Positions 25,788 to 38,605 of a DNA stretch of 64,000 nt are shown one piece after another; position 1 is the first letter of the stretch, and every line of letters begins with the position of its first letter. The stretch is from Octopus sinensis (lineage: Eukaryota), in NCBI RefSeq assembly GCF_006345805.1, contig NC_042998.1, positions 135,780,001 through 135,844,000 on the forward strand. Reading direction: 5' to 3'. The position numbers were made by a program, and so were the translations under genes. The notes under the pieces were generated by a model that worked only from the letters and a program-made list of their open reading frames with translations, was not told the DNA's origin and did not search any database.

Positions 25788-25853
25788 TATATATATATAC
25801 ACACATATAATATATATATATATATATTATATATATACACACATATATATAAT

Positions 25854-25890
<37 letters not shown>

Positions 25891-25918
25891 CACACACATA
25901 TATATATATAATATATAT

Positions 25919-25951
<33 letters not shown>

Positions 25952-26139
25952 CACAACACACACATATATATATATATATATATAATATATATAGATATAT
26001 ATATATATATATATACACCACATATATATATATACACACACACACTATATATATATACACACACACACACATTATATATATATATAACACACACATATAT
26101 ATATATATATATACACACCACATATATATATATACATAT

Positions 26140-26180
<41 letters not shown>

Positions 26181-26214
26181 TATATATATACTATATATAT
26201 ATACATATACACAC

Positions 26215-26300
<86 letters not shown>
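25082..26300 (+). repeat. 1.2-kb (TA)n/(CA)n compound microsatellite
   Basis: Visible directly; source of several spurious long ORFs. Confidence 0.98.
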
Positions 26301-26305
<5 letters not shown>

Positions 26306-26501
26306 TTTATAGAAGGAGCTTCTACAGGAGACTAGAACTGTTTCATTCAAAAGAAATCATCAGGAAGCTTCCTGATGATTTCTTTTGAATGAAACAGTTC
26401 TAGTCCTGTAGAAGCTCCCTCTATAAAATAAATTAATTTACTCTGCTATGTATTGAGTACCTTATTTACTGTGGTTAACCCCGACTCAACCCGGGACCTA
26501 C
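26301..26501. mobile_element. Zero-spacer palindromic hammerhead-bearing mini-element between (TA)n tracts
   Basis: Arms 26301-26367 and 26368-26432 (centre AAG|CTT; one mismatch, one 2-nt indel), then a unique tail to about 26501. Confidence 0.8.
26366..26416 (+). ncRNA. Type-I hammerhead ribozyme motif (mirror copy on the minus strand in the left arm)
   Basis: Stem I AGCTTC/GAAGCT, core CTGATGA (26372-78), stem II TTC-TTTT-GAA with U.U at the closing position, GAAA, stem III ACAG/CTGT, GUA cleavage after 26410. Confidence 0.72.
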
Positions 26502-26571
26502 ATATATATATATATGTATTTATACATATATATACATACACACACACATAAATACATACATACATACTTGT

Positions 26572-26778
26572 CTACTCTAGGCACAAGGCCCAAAATTTTT
26601 GGGGGGAGGGCTAGTCTATTAGACTGACGCCAGTATGCAACTGGTACTTAATTTATCGACCCTGAAAGGATGAAAGACAAAGTCGACCTCGACAGAATTT
26701 GAACTCAGAATGTAAAGACAGACGAAATACAGCTAAGCAGTTCGCCTGGTGTGCTAACGTTTCTGCCAACTTACTGCC
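26572..26778 (-). mobile_element. SINE family A
   Basis: Full antisense copy from GGCACAAGGCC to CTGCCAACTTACTGCC. Confidence 0.9.
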
Positions 26779-26921
26779 TAACACATATATATTATACATA
26801 GTCTGTATATAAATATATATGTATGTTTGTTTTCATCTGTGTGTGCATATACATGCATACACATATATAAAGAGAAGGGGGGAGGAAGGAGGAAAGGGAA
26901 GGGAGGCGAGAGGTGGGAGGA

Positions 26922-26956
<35 letters not shown>

Positions 26957-27419
26957 GCTTAGTTCTCATTGCAGAATCTATTCAAGAACATCAAAAGAGA
27001 TTTGACAAACAGAAGTGTGATAAAATCATTCATAGTCCTAATGGTAGGTGTTCAGCAATAGAACTAACCCATACCTTACTGGCATTCACTTGTATCCAGG
27101 GAAATTACCCAGGTTCCAATGCATCAAAGGATTTAACACTAACTTCTATAGTCTGTAGTGAATTGACAACAAATTGTGTATTAAAGATGCAAGTGGTATC
27201 TTGTCAGCAGAGCTAACTATGGCTCACATATAGTGATATAAGCAATTGTGTTGGTAATGGTGATACTTTTTGTGTGGATTAGGTATTGGTGCTGGAGGGG
27301 GTCATGCTACTAGTAGTGATGTGAGTTTGGAATGTGGTGATGGTTGGGATTTTGTACAGGTTGTGATGGTGGTTGTGCATCTGAGATTTGGTGGTGACAG
27401 TGCTGGTATTATTAGAAGA

Positions 27420-27655
27420 GGCGGCGAGCTGGCAGAAACCTTAGCACGCCGGGTGAAATGCGTAGCCGTATTTCGTCTGCCATTACATTCCGAGTTCATT
27501 TTCCGCCGAGGTCGACTTTGCCTTTCATCCTTTCGGGGTCGATAAATTAAGTACCAGTTACGCACTGGGGTCGATGTAATCGACTTAATCCGTTTGTCTG
27601 TCCTTGTTTGTCTCCTCTGTGTTTAGCCCCTTGTGGGTAGTAAAGAAATAGGTAT
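27420..27655 (+). mobile_element. Young SINE family A copy, long-tail variant
   Basis: GGCGGCGAGCTGGCAGAAACC...GCCCCTTGTGGGTAGTAAAGAAATAGG with many CpGs retained. Confidence 0.95.
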
Positions 27656-27744
27656 TATTAGAAGAGGTGATGGTGATCTTGTAGATAGAGTTGTTGTAGT
27701 AATGTCCATAGTAAAGGTGTTAACAATTTGGTGGCTGCAATGGT

Positions 27745-27985
27745 GTAGTGATAGTGATTTCAGTGGTGATGGTGATGGTGGTAGTGGTGATGATGATGAT
27801 GATAATGGTGGTGGTGGTGATGATGATAATGGTGGTGGTGGTGGTGATGATGATGATAATGGTGGAGATAGTGGTGGTGATGATGATGATGGCAGTGATG
27901 GTGATGATAATGGTGGTGGTGATAGTAGTGGTGCCGGTGGTGACGATGATGATTTGGTGGGTGTAGTGATGGTGGTGGTATTTAT
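27745..27985 (+). repeat. (GGT)n/(GAT)n trinucleotide mosaic
   Basis: Visible directly. Confidence 0.95.
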
Positions 27986-28053
27986 GTAGACTGGTGTTGG
28001 TTAATAGTGCAGTAATCACAGTGATGATTTGGTGTTGGTAGTGGTACAGATGG

Positions 28054-29044
28054 TGAAACAAGCAAAAGATAAAAATTGAACACCCAATATATGTATGTGT
28101 GTATGTGTGTGTACGCATGCACATATGCATTTTCACTGCATTCACAGCTGTCTCCATCTCTAACTATGCCACTATCCTGTCACACTCTCAAAAATTGCAC
28201 TTCCCCACCCCAAATATACAATCTTCAGGTTATACATCTACGACAAGTGAGCTTAGCAGACCCTATTCTTTGTCAAGCTATCTCAGCTGGTGGTACTGAA
28301 CTCAATAGTGTACACTAATGAAAATCTATAATATAATTATGCTGGAAACACTGAAATACCTAACAGCAGGTCATATGACTGCTAACATGACCTAATAGAA
28401 ATGTTTAAATTAGGTAAATGACATACTTATGAATGGATCTGGTAGCTGGAAAGTGAAAGAAGCCAGTCATGTGTGTGCATGCACACATATTTCTCATTGT
28501 GTTCACCTTTATCTCTATCTCTAACAATGCCACTGTCCTGTCATACTTTCACAAACTTACCTTCACCACCCAACAACGTGGCACCTTGGGCAAGTGTCTT
28601 TTACTATAACCTTGGGCCAACCAAAGCCTTCTGAGTAAGTTCGAAAGACGGAATTTGAAAGAAGCCTGTTATATATATAGAAATGTGTGTCTGTGTGTGT
28701 GTTTGTGTTAGTTCCCAACTATTGCTTGACAACCAGTGTTGGTGTGTTTACATCCCCATAGCTTATAAGCAAAAGTGAGTGATACAATAAGTACAAGGCT
28801 TAAAAAAATAAGTACTGGGGTCAATTCATTTGGCTAAAATTCTTCAAGGTGGTGCCCCAGCATGGCTGCAGTTTAATGACTGAAATAAGCAAAAGATAAA
28901 AGATGAACACCCTATATATGTGTGTGTTCATGTGTGCATGTGCACATGCACATATGCATTTTCACTGCATTCACATCTGTCCCCATCTCTAACTATGCCA
29001 CTATCCTGTCACACTCTCAAAAATTGAACTTCCCCACCCCAAAT
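28054..29044 (+). repeat. Local triplication of a ~160-bp unit, with SINE B at about 28575-28905
   Basis: CATTTTCACTGCATTCACA..CTCTAACTATGCCACTATCCTGTCACACTCTCAAAAATTG..CCCCACCCCAAAT at 28054-28215 and 28881-29044; more diverged copy at about 28470-28575. Confidence 0.8.
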
Positions 29045-29834
29045 TCCCGATCCGTTGGCCTCCCCATTCTCTCTTCTAATCACCTCCTTGTACTTTGAGT
29101 ACACCTCATCACAATCATCTCTTCTCCTTTGCTAGCTGGAGTTGCCATGTATCTCCTCCATCCTCCAAAGTAAGACCCCTGTTCCTAGCTCCCTTCATAC
29201 TTTAGCCTCTCAATACCTGGCACAAAGTCACTTTTTTCAACAATAGACTGCCACTTAGTCAAGGGAGTTTATTTTGTGAGTTACATAGCTACCCAACTAC
29301 GTGCCTCAGAAAAAAAAAAAGCAACCAATACACTCTATGAAGTGGTTAGTTTTAGGAAGGACATCCAGCTATAGAAACCTTGCCAGAAGTGGATATTGGA
29401 GTTTTAAAGCAGGCCTCCAGCTTCTTAGATCTTGTCAAACCATTCAACATATGCCAGCATGAAATGGAGATGTCAAATGATAATCATGTATGCATGTGTG
29501 TGTGTGTGTATGTGTGTGTGTATGTATGTGCATGTGTGTGTGTGTATGTGTGCATGTGTGTGTGTGAGAGAGAGAGAGAGAGTGCGAATGACAGTGAGAG
29601 AGAGAATGAGGAAAAGTATATGTATGTATGTGTGAGAGCACGCACATGAAAGAGAAAGAGAAAAAGTATATGTATATGTATGTGTGTGAGAGAGAGAGAG
29701 AGAATGAGGAAAAGTGTATGTAGGTGTTTGTGTGTGTTTGTGAGAGAGAGAATGAGACAGTTAGAGAGAGGGAGAGAGAATGAGAGACAGTTAGAGAGAG
29801 AGAATGAAGAAAAGTGTATGTATGTGTGTGTATG

Positions 29835-29877
<43 letters not shown>

Positions 29878-30144
29878 AAGAGTGTGTGTCTCTTTGTCTT
29901 GACATTGAAGAATAGTTGCAAACAAGCACCACTAACACAAGAAATTTTGTTTGCTTCCCTTCTTTCATGAAAACATGTCTGGCTATGGATGTCATATATT
30001 ACCTTGCTTGGAGACAGGTGCTGGCTGGAGACAGAAAAGGCATCTGGCCAAAGAAAAAACAAATCTACCTCAATGAATTCTGCCTATCCCATGCAGGTAA
30101 GGATAAGTGGATGTTATGATGATGATGATGATATGGGTATGCAC

Positions 30145-30815
30145 ATACAGGCACAGGCGTGGCTGTGTGGTAAGAAGCTTGCTTCCCAACCACATGGTTC
30201 TGGGTTCAGTCTCACTGCATAGCATCTTGGGCAAGTGTCTTCTAATATCTATTTTTTTACTACCCACAAGGGGCTAAACACAGAGAGGACAAACAAGGAC
30301 AGACAAACAGATTAAGTCGATCGATCCCAGTATGTAACTGGTACAAAATTTATCGACCCCGAAAGGATGAAAGGCAAAGTCGACCTCGGCGGAAAATGAA
30401 TTCAGAACGTAACGGCAGACAAAATACCACTAAGCATTCCGTCCAGCATGCTAACGATTCTGCCAGCTTTGCTGCCTCCTAATATAGCCTCAAGCCAACC
30501 AGAGCTTTGTGAGTTGACTTGTGGATTTGGTAGATGGAAACTGAAAGAAGCCTGTCATGTGTGTATGTTTATGTGTGTGTGTGTCTATGTGTGTATGTGT
30601 TTTTGTGCCTGTGTTTGTCCCCCACCACTGCTTGACAATTGATGTTGGTGTGTTTACATCCCCATGACTTCATTGTTCAACAAAAGGACCAATAAAATAA
30701 GTACTAGACTTTTATAAAAGAAACAAAAGTCTTGTAGTCGATTTGTTCGACTAAAACCCTTCAAGGTAGTGCCCCAGCACGGCCACAGTTAAATGACTGA
30801 AACAGATAAAAGATA
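30145..30815 (+). mobile_element. SINE B interrupted by antisense SINE A (30249-30478)
   Basis: 7-bp direct repeat CTAATAT at 30242-30248 and 30479-30485; the B body resumes after it. Confidence 0.88.
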
Positions 30816-32231
30816 TGTATGCAGACACAACTACTACTGAAAATAACTAAGATTTAAACAAATACATGCACAAATTTAAATAGGAATATACAAGAAAACT
30901 TTAGAATGTCGATGTGTAAAATTACCCGCATTCAATATAGGAAAGTAGAAAATGGATGTATTCATGTTACTGTATCTAATAAAACTGTCTTCAACAGTGA
31001 AGGGTCAAACAAAATATGTCAGCTACAACCAAATAATAGTCTGTCTTTATGATATGTACAACCTTTCATATCAAATGGTCATATGAAAGGTGACCTTGAA
31101 TAAACACCAGTGCAGACTAATGACTAGTATGTCTCTGAAACAAGAAACATTAGGAGGCGGCGAAGACAAATTTTAATAAGTTTTGATAATGATTTAGGAA
31201 ACATTTGAAATGTGTACATATTGATACATGTGTCTCTGTCATTGGGGGAAAGACATAATGATGATGATGATGATGATGATGACAGTGATGGTGGAAATGA
31301 TGATGATGATGATGATGATGATACAGGTTGTATGCCTGCAAATACACATGTGTTATGTATATCTGTGTGTGTGTGTGCATGTGTGTGCGCAATTTCATGA
31401 ACATAAACAACACACACACACTCATATTTACATGCGCATGTGTATTCCTATGCAATCATAAACACACATATATAAGAGTGCATTTGTGAAATCACATGCA
31501 CACACACACACACACACATGCACATATACATACATACATACACAAACATACACACAAACAGACACACACACACGAAAACACATGCCAAATCTTTCAATTA
31601 TTCATTTATGTTAATAAGACTAGAAAAGCCCTATTCATCAATGAGTTTCATCAAGCACGCCATCACACATGACAAATATGTTGTATAAATTTTCAGGCTT
31701 GATTTCGTAATTTGAATACACCTTTTGCTCTTAGTCTTTGAGATGCACTGGATTATCTCATTCCATTTTGAATTCCAATTGTTTTGGATAAAATTTTATA
31801 ACAGCGAGCAACATAGAAGAAACACTTGAACAGCATGAATTCACATTTTTAATTCAATTCAACATCCAGCACTTGAATATTGATCATGATGATGTGGATG
31901 ATAACCATCATCATCATCATCGCCACCACTGGTTTATTGTCCATTTTTTCTATGCGTGCATGGATTCAGACAGAATTTATTGAGACAGATTTTCTATGGC
32001 TGGATGCCCTTCCTGCCACTAACCCTTACATGTTTCCAAGTAATGTAATAGCTCTCCCATGGCTGGATATGCTTTCACAGAATACTGGAAATGACTGACA
32101 CTGCTTGTACAACAGTGATACTCATTTACAACTATTTTGCAATGTCAAGACAAAACACCTGGTTGGTAGAGTCAAAATGGTACTTTTGACTTATTATAGA
32201 AATATTCAAAATGTTTAATTCTTACATGTAG

Positions 32232-32314
32232 TCACCTGATGAAAACAGTTTTTTTCACATTATGTAATATTTATATTCATCAATAAAAAATGTCATCTGA
32301 AACAGCTGTAGTGA
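32232..32314 (+). ncRNA. Type-I hammerhead ribozyme motif, same family as 21836
   Basis: TCAC-CTGATGA-(56 nt)-GAAACAGCTGTA-GTGA: stem I TCAC/GTGA, A-U closing pair on stem II, stem III ACAGCTGT, GUA. Confidence 0.65.
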
Positions 32315-32869
32315 ACCACAATCCATCTGTTATTCTTTTCTTTTACTTGTTTCAGTCATTTGGCTATGGCCATGCTGGAGCACCGCCTTTAATTGTGGAG
32401 CACTGCCTTTACAACATGAACAGGGTGTTTATTTCATGCTACCCTCATTATTGAGGCCACCAGGCAAGTTCGCAGGACTATGAGCCCTAATAAGAGGTGG
32501 GAGAAGTGTCAGTATCATGCTAGGGGATGAGGGGACTATGGTGAGATGGCAAAGGGGTGCAGAACACTCATATCTTGCAGGGAAAAGGGGAGAGAGGAAT
32601 AGCAAAAGATCAATAGGAACTGTAAGAAATAAATAATAGCAATGAGATGCTTGGGTGGCTCCACACTGTACAAACTGAGTAGAGGTGGGTGGATGGGTGG
32701 TTTGCAAGATTGTATTTGAAGGGGAACCAGGGGTGAAGAAGCAGAATGTTAAGACTGGAAGTTTGAAGGGTGGATGAAGCAAGAACTATGAGTTGAGAAA
32801 GATAGAGGGATGCAGAGGAGTGGATGGGGGAAGTGAACAGCAGGAGTAGTAAATATATATATATATATA

Positions 32870-33265
32870 TATATACTCTTTTACTCTTTTAGTTGTTTCA
32901 GTCATTTGACTGCAGCCATGCTGGAGCACTGGCTTTAGTCGAACAATTTGACCCAGTGCTTATTCTTTGTAAGCCTAGTACTTATTCTATCAGTCTCTTT
33001 TGCTGAAACAATAAGTTATGGGTACGTAAACACACCAACATCAGTTGTCAAGCAATGGTGGGGGAACAAACACAGACACACAAATACACAAACACACACA
33101 CGACGGGCTTCTTTCAGTTTCCATCAACCAAATCCACTCACAAGGTTTTGGTTGGCATGAGGCTATAGTAGAAGATACTTGCCTGAAGTGCCATGCAGTG
33201 GGACTGAACTCAGAACCATGTGGTTGGGAAGCAAGCTACTTACCACACAGCCACTCCTGTGTCTG
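32870..33265 (-). mobile_element. SINE family B, near full length
   Basis: Antisense from the (CTTTT) tail to ACCACACAGCCACTCCTG. Confidence 0.92.
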
Positions 33266-33305
33266 TATCTTCGTGTATTTCACGTTATTTATTTATGTAA
33301 AGGTT

Positions 33306-33346
<41 letters not shown>

Positions 33347-33384
33347 AATTTATGCATACATGTACATACATACCTATATATGTA

Positions 33385-33695
33385 TGGCTCAGTTATTAGA
33401 GCATAGGGCTTACAACCAAGAGGTAGTAAGTTCGATTACTGGACTGTGTGTCGTGTTCTCGAGCAAGACATTTTCTTTTTGCCTTGCTCCAGTTCACTCA
33501 GCTGTAGAAATGAGTTGTGATGTAACTGGTGCCAAGCTGTACTGGCCTTTGCCTTTCTCTTGCATGACATTGGTAGTGTGGAGAGGAGAGGCTGGTATGC
33601 ATCGGTGACTGATGGTCTTCCATAAACAATCTTGCCTGGACTATAGGTGCAATTCCATGGTCATTCATGACCGAAGGGGGTCTTTACCTTTTTAT
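33385..33695 (+). mobile_element. CORE-like tRNA SINE
   Basis: tRNA-like head (GGCTCAGTTATTAGAGC..GTTCGATT), GAGCAAGACA..TTGCTCCAGTTCACTCAGCTGTAGAAATG. Tail GGTGCAATTCCATGG..GGTCTTTACC also occurs at about 61170-61220. Confidence 0.75.
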
Positions 33696-34111
33696 ACACA
33701 CACACACACATAAGCACAAACACACATATATACATACAAATGACAGGTTTCTTCCAGTTTCTGACAACTAAATCCACTCACAAAGCTTTGTTCAGCTAAG
33801 GACTACAACAGAAGACATTTGGTCAGTATACCATGCAGTAGGACTGAATCTGAAGTCACTGAGTGGGATGCAAACTTCTTAACTATACACCCATCCGTGT
33901 CTTACATATTCCAGATTATGAAAACAAAAAAAAAGAGAAAAAAACGAAAAAGAAAAAAATGATAAAGAAAAAGAAAAAAAACAGAAAAAGTAAAATAAAA
34001 TAAAATAAAAATTAAGATAAAAAGGAACTAAGAAAACAAAGATATTTTTAAAAGTTGCAGAGCAAAATAAATAAATAAACAAATAAATAAATAAATAAAT
34101 GCACGAAGTAC

Positions 34112-34212
34112 CTGCAATGTACTTTGACTGGAGGCCGAAGTCACCAGTTGTTCATGTGATGAACCTGAATCTTCGCTGTCCAAAGATTGTTTACTTCCAA
34201 CAGAACTGGAAT
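34112..34212 (-). CDS. Best exon candidate of unidentified host gene (101 nt, phase 1 to 0), xSSSVGSKQSLDSEDSGSSHEQLVTSASSQSTLQ
   Basis: Acceptor tattttcttccatttccag|, donor GCAG|GTACTT, open Ser-rich frame, non-repetitive sequence with retained CpGs. Confidence 0.6.
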
Positions 34213-34769
34213 CTGGAAATGGAAGAAAATAGTCGACTCATTTCATGAAGCTATATTGTTCAAGTTCTAGACTACTGACAAAATAACTGCAATGAGTTCA
34301 AATATTGGTCACTGACACTGCATTAGCCATTTTGGTACAAACCCCCACCCGAGGCTGCTCTTGGTTCTGTGATACAAATTTCATGTTTTAGAAAGATCTA
34401 AATTAAAATCTTCCACCAAAAATTTCATATATTTGAAACACTAGCTTAATAAAGATATTTATTTTATTAAATTCTCCATGATTTCTTGAAAAGCAATTGA
34501 AACAAAAGTGGTGTCAGTATTGTGGTGTCAGTATTGTGGTTTTAGCATCCACTTTTCCATGCTTGATAGAATTTGGTTAGATGGAATTTGCTGAGGCAGA
34601 TTTTTTTTAATGGCTGGATGCCCTTTGTGTCACCAACCCTTACCAGTCGCCGAGCAGGGCAATAGTTCTCCTTGGCTAGACATACATTTCATGGAAGATG
34701 GAAATGAACAAGATTGCTTTTACAGTCATGCTGTCAGCAGTCACACACATACACACATATATTCTCTTA

Positions 34770-35400
34770 TTCTTATACTTGTTTCAATCATTCGACTGCA
34801 GCCATGCTGGAACACCACCTAAAGGTTTTTAGTCAAAGAAATCAACCCCAGGCCTTATTCTTTGTAACCCTAGTATTTATTCTATCGGTCTCTTTTGCTG
34901 AACTGCTAAGTTACAGGGATGTAAACACACCAACATCAGTTGTCAAACAATGGTGAAGGACAAACACTCACACACACAAATATAAATACACACACACATA
35001 CAAACACACACACACATGATGGGCTTCTTCCAGTTTCCATCTTACCAAATCCACTCACAAGGCTTTGGTTGGCCCAAGGCTATAGTAGAAGACACTTGCC
35101 CAAGGTGCCATGAAGTGGGACTGAACCCAGAACCATGTGATTGAGAAGCAAGCATCTTTTCACACAGCCACACACGTTTGTGTGTCTTTATGTCTGTGTT
35201 TGTCCTCCACTACTAGTTGACAACTGGTGTTGACGTGCTAATGTCTCCACAACCTGATGGCTCAGCAAAAGATATCAATAGAATAAGAAGAACTAGGCTT
35301 AAAAGAAGGAAAGTAGTGGGATTGGGTCAATTCACTCAACTAAAATTCTTCAAGGTGGTGCTCCAGCATGGCCACAGTCTAAAGATAAAAGATAAAGACT
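34770..35400. mobile_element. Inverted SINE B pair (- about 34770-35175; + 3' half about 35180-35400)
   Basis: Complementary family B body and tail motifs in opposite orientation. Confidence 0.85.
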
Positions 35401-35914
35401 TACTTTTACACTTGAATGTTTAGACATGAAACTACCTTAAATAATCGCACATCAGCTTCTGATGTCAAAGATGGTTCAGTGGTTAGTAGGAAACATTTCA
35501 AAGAGTGTTACTCAATATAAAATACATCCAGCAGTCAATAAAAAAGCAACAACAACAACTTGAGTTCAAAAGAATCTAGAGACGATTTGTGTAGGCCCCC
35601 CAAAACAATAAAATACCTTATTTTACAAATTTCAATAACACATGATCTAACTCTAGTGAAGAGGTCTCATAAAAAGGGGAAATAAATCTACTTCCTTGCA
35701 ACTCATATATTTGTGGCCCTCTGCCAAAATTAGCTATTTTTATTTGATATGCTATCTGTAAGAATCTTTTGTTTTCCTCAATCATTGAGCTTTTATACCC
35801 AAACATACGCAATTTTGAAGTAGGTTCCACTGATTGGTTTTATGGAGAGAATTGTGAGGGTGTTAAAAAAAAATCATTTGCTCCAAGACCCGAAAGAGAA
35901 ATCAATATATGGCA

Positions 35915-35960
35915 TTATTATTACCATTATCATTATTATTATTATAATTACCATTATTAT

Positions 35961-35991
<31 letters not shown>

Positions 35992-36025
35992 AAGAAGAAG
36001 GAGGAGGAGGAGGAGGAGGAGGAGG
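35915..36025 (+). repeat. (ATT)n(AAG)n(GAG)n compound repeat
   Basis: Visible directly. Confidence 0.95.
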
Positions 36026-36446
36026 ATGGAGGCAGAGCTACAAAATGATAACTAGAAAAATGATATCAAAAAATCACCTTTACCATTTCTAAACATATTT
36101 AATTTTATTTTCTTTGTGAGGAGAATAGGGGTGGGTGTTTGAGTTGTTACTTAATTATGGAAGTGAGGTCAGCAATACTGTCTAGCTACCAAATTCTTTA
36201 CAATATCTGAATATAGTTTAGAAGAAAAATAAGCAATGAATTTATATTCTTTTAGATTCATTTTTCAGCAATTGAGAAATAAATCTTAATTATAATTTTA
36301 ATTTTTGGTTTATGTGTGATTGCTTAAGAACTGTGTGTGTGTGTGTATGCATAAGGTGTCTGTGCAAGTTTATAGCATGTGTGTGCTGTATGTGAATGAC
36401 TGTATGCATATGTACCTATTCATGTGTGGGTGTCAATGAGTTTGAA

Positions 36447-36503
<57 letters not shown>

Positions 36504-36523
36504 TTGAAAGACAAGAATGCTTT

Positions 36524-36565
<42 letters not shown>

Positions 36566-36989
36566 GAGGAGAAAGAGATACACGGAGAGTGAAAGAAATA
36601 CAGTGAGAAAGAGAGAGAACATTTAGCTAGAAATTCCCAAGAACCTTATAGTAAATCATGAGAAATATTTTGGATTTTCTTCCATAAGAAACAAAGACAT
36701 TTATACTGTTAGCTTGTATTAGTCAGAACTATAGTGATTTAGTGATCAATAACCTGGGTTTCCAGCCAATGTGACAGAGGTTCAAGTCTTGATTATAGCA
36801 TTGCATATCTATTGAACCAATATATTTTCTGAATTTACAGTTTTCCTGTATTTTGTCTTTCATTAGTTAGAGGAAGAGAAGCACAGTTTGACATTCAAAA
36901 TGTTGATACTGATATTCAGACTGAGCAACTGCAAGTGAATGCCAGCATGAAAAACATGAACAGAGGGAGAAGTAGGGACCTTGGCTGAA

Positions 36990-38060
36990 TACTGACAACA
37001 GAGTGAACTCTGTTAAAGGCACCCAAGGATAAAGTGGTGGCATGGGTCTTGGTGTCAAGCCAAGAGTGTTGTCAGGCACTCACAGCCCTCTGCTAGTTGG
37101 GCAATGAGATTTGCGAATGTTTCATTTTAACAATATATAAATGATCAATGGTGGTGAAGTGTGACACTGTTCATGGGGAGATTCTGGAGGTTGACAAAAA
37201 TGAATTGGCTAGTCTGTTCCAGAGGACTTTCCAGTCAAGGACTACCATGGATAATTTCTAGATGTCCTTGGCCCAACAGTGCAACAAAGGAGTGCTACCA
37301 GTTCGAGATAAATTTTACATATATAGATATATAGATTTTACATATATAGATGTGTCAGATATGCTTTACAAGGTGCCTACAGAGTGATGAAACTGTTCTG
37401 CATGCACTCATTCTGTGTCCAGGCATTGCTGACTTGTGGAGTTATGTCAAACAACTACTGTTGCTGGTGGTACAGATCCATCTATTATCAGTTGAGTTTA
37501 TATGATTGCCCAGTCATCTTCCTTTAATAGGGCTCTTAAAGCAGTTTTCCTTTGCCTGGTGGATAAGGTTGAAAGGCATGAGGAAAGAGATGTTCCTCTT
37601 TGGTAGTGCCTTCATCAACTCTTTCAAGTTTCACTTGAAAAAGAAAGTGAGAGCGGAGAGGGAGTTGCTGTCCTTGAGTGAATTTATTGAAAGGTGGGTG
37701 ATAGTTGCAAAAATGGCAGGAGTGAATGGCACTACTCTAGTGTGAGACTGTAACTTGGAGAACAAGAACTGGAGACAGCCTTGGTATTCAGGGAAATCTT
37801 GGACAGTGGCATTTCTTGATTATTGCTGGAGGTTCTCCTGTATCAAGAGGAGCACATCACTATCCTCCTTTTGTTTTCCTTTCTTCTTTCTTTTTACGAC
37901 TGTATACTATGTATACTTCTCTTCTTTGTTTTATACCATGTATACTTTCATTTCTACTTTTTTAAAATCATTTCATTACATGTAAACACTCACACTTTAT
38001 GCCTGTCTTTGTATTGTACCCCTCATACTTTACCCTGGTGGCAAATAAAATAAATCATCA
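36990..38060 (+). mobile_element. L1/Tx1-like LINE 3' end with 3'UTR
   Basis: ECCQALTALC, KGVLPVRDK, RCLQSDETVLHALILCPG (C-x2-C-x8-H-x4-C type), FKFHLKKKVRAERELLSLSEFIERWV; ends AAATAAAATAAAT(CAT)n. Confidence 0.8.
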
Positions 38061-38089
38061 TCATCATCATGACCATTGTCATCATTATC

Positions 38090-38605
38090 TATTTCTTTAC
38101 TACCCACAAGGGGCTAAACACAGAGAGGACAAACAAGGACAGACAAACGGATTAAGTTGATTATATCGACCCCAGTGCGTAACTGGTACTTATTTAATCG
38201 ACCTCGAAAGGATGAAAGGCAAAGTTGACCTCGGCGGAAAATGAACTCAGAACGTAGTGGCAGATGAAAATACCGCTAAGCATTTCGCCCAGCGTGTTAA
38301 CAATTCTACCAGCTTGCCGTCTGCATAGACATCATTATCATCAACACCATCATCATCATCATCATCATTATTATTATTATAATGAAAGGAGCAAGCTGGT
38401 AGAATTGTAAGTCAGACAAAATGCTTAGTGGCATGTATTCTGGCTCTTTACTTTCTTGGGTTCCAATTCCACAAAGGTTGACTTTGCCTTTCATTCTTTT
38501 GGAGGACAATTGAAAATAAGTGCTAATTAAGCACTAGTATCAGTGTAATAGACTTATACCAATGCCTCACAAAATTTCAGTCCTTGTGCCTATAGCAGAA
38601 AGAAT
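38090..38605. mobile_element. Divergent SINE A pair (- about 38090-38325; + about 38385-38605)
   Basis: Family A motifs on both strands separated by (CAT)n(ATT)n. Confidence 0.85.

Noticed and set aside
27420-27520. tRNA-like A/B-box heads throughout the window
   Set aside because: They continue into SINE bodies and I could not fold a full cloverleaf; not tRNA genes.
31061-31091. 11-bp inverted repeat ACCTTTCATAT/ATATGAAAGGT, and a nearby strong minus-strand acceptor at 31135
   Set aside because: Short enough to be chance; no good in-frame donor.
32429-32782. 117-aa minus-strand ORF in pyrimidine-rich sequence ending near AATAAA
   Set aside because: Compositional ORF without motifs; possibly a retroelement 3' end but not classifiable.
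36867-36990. Plus-strand exon-like RGREAQFDIQNVDTDIQTEQLQ
   Set aside because: Contiguous with the L1/Tx1-like remnant and has weak donors.
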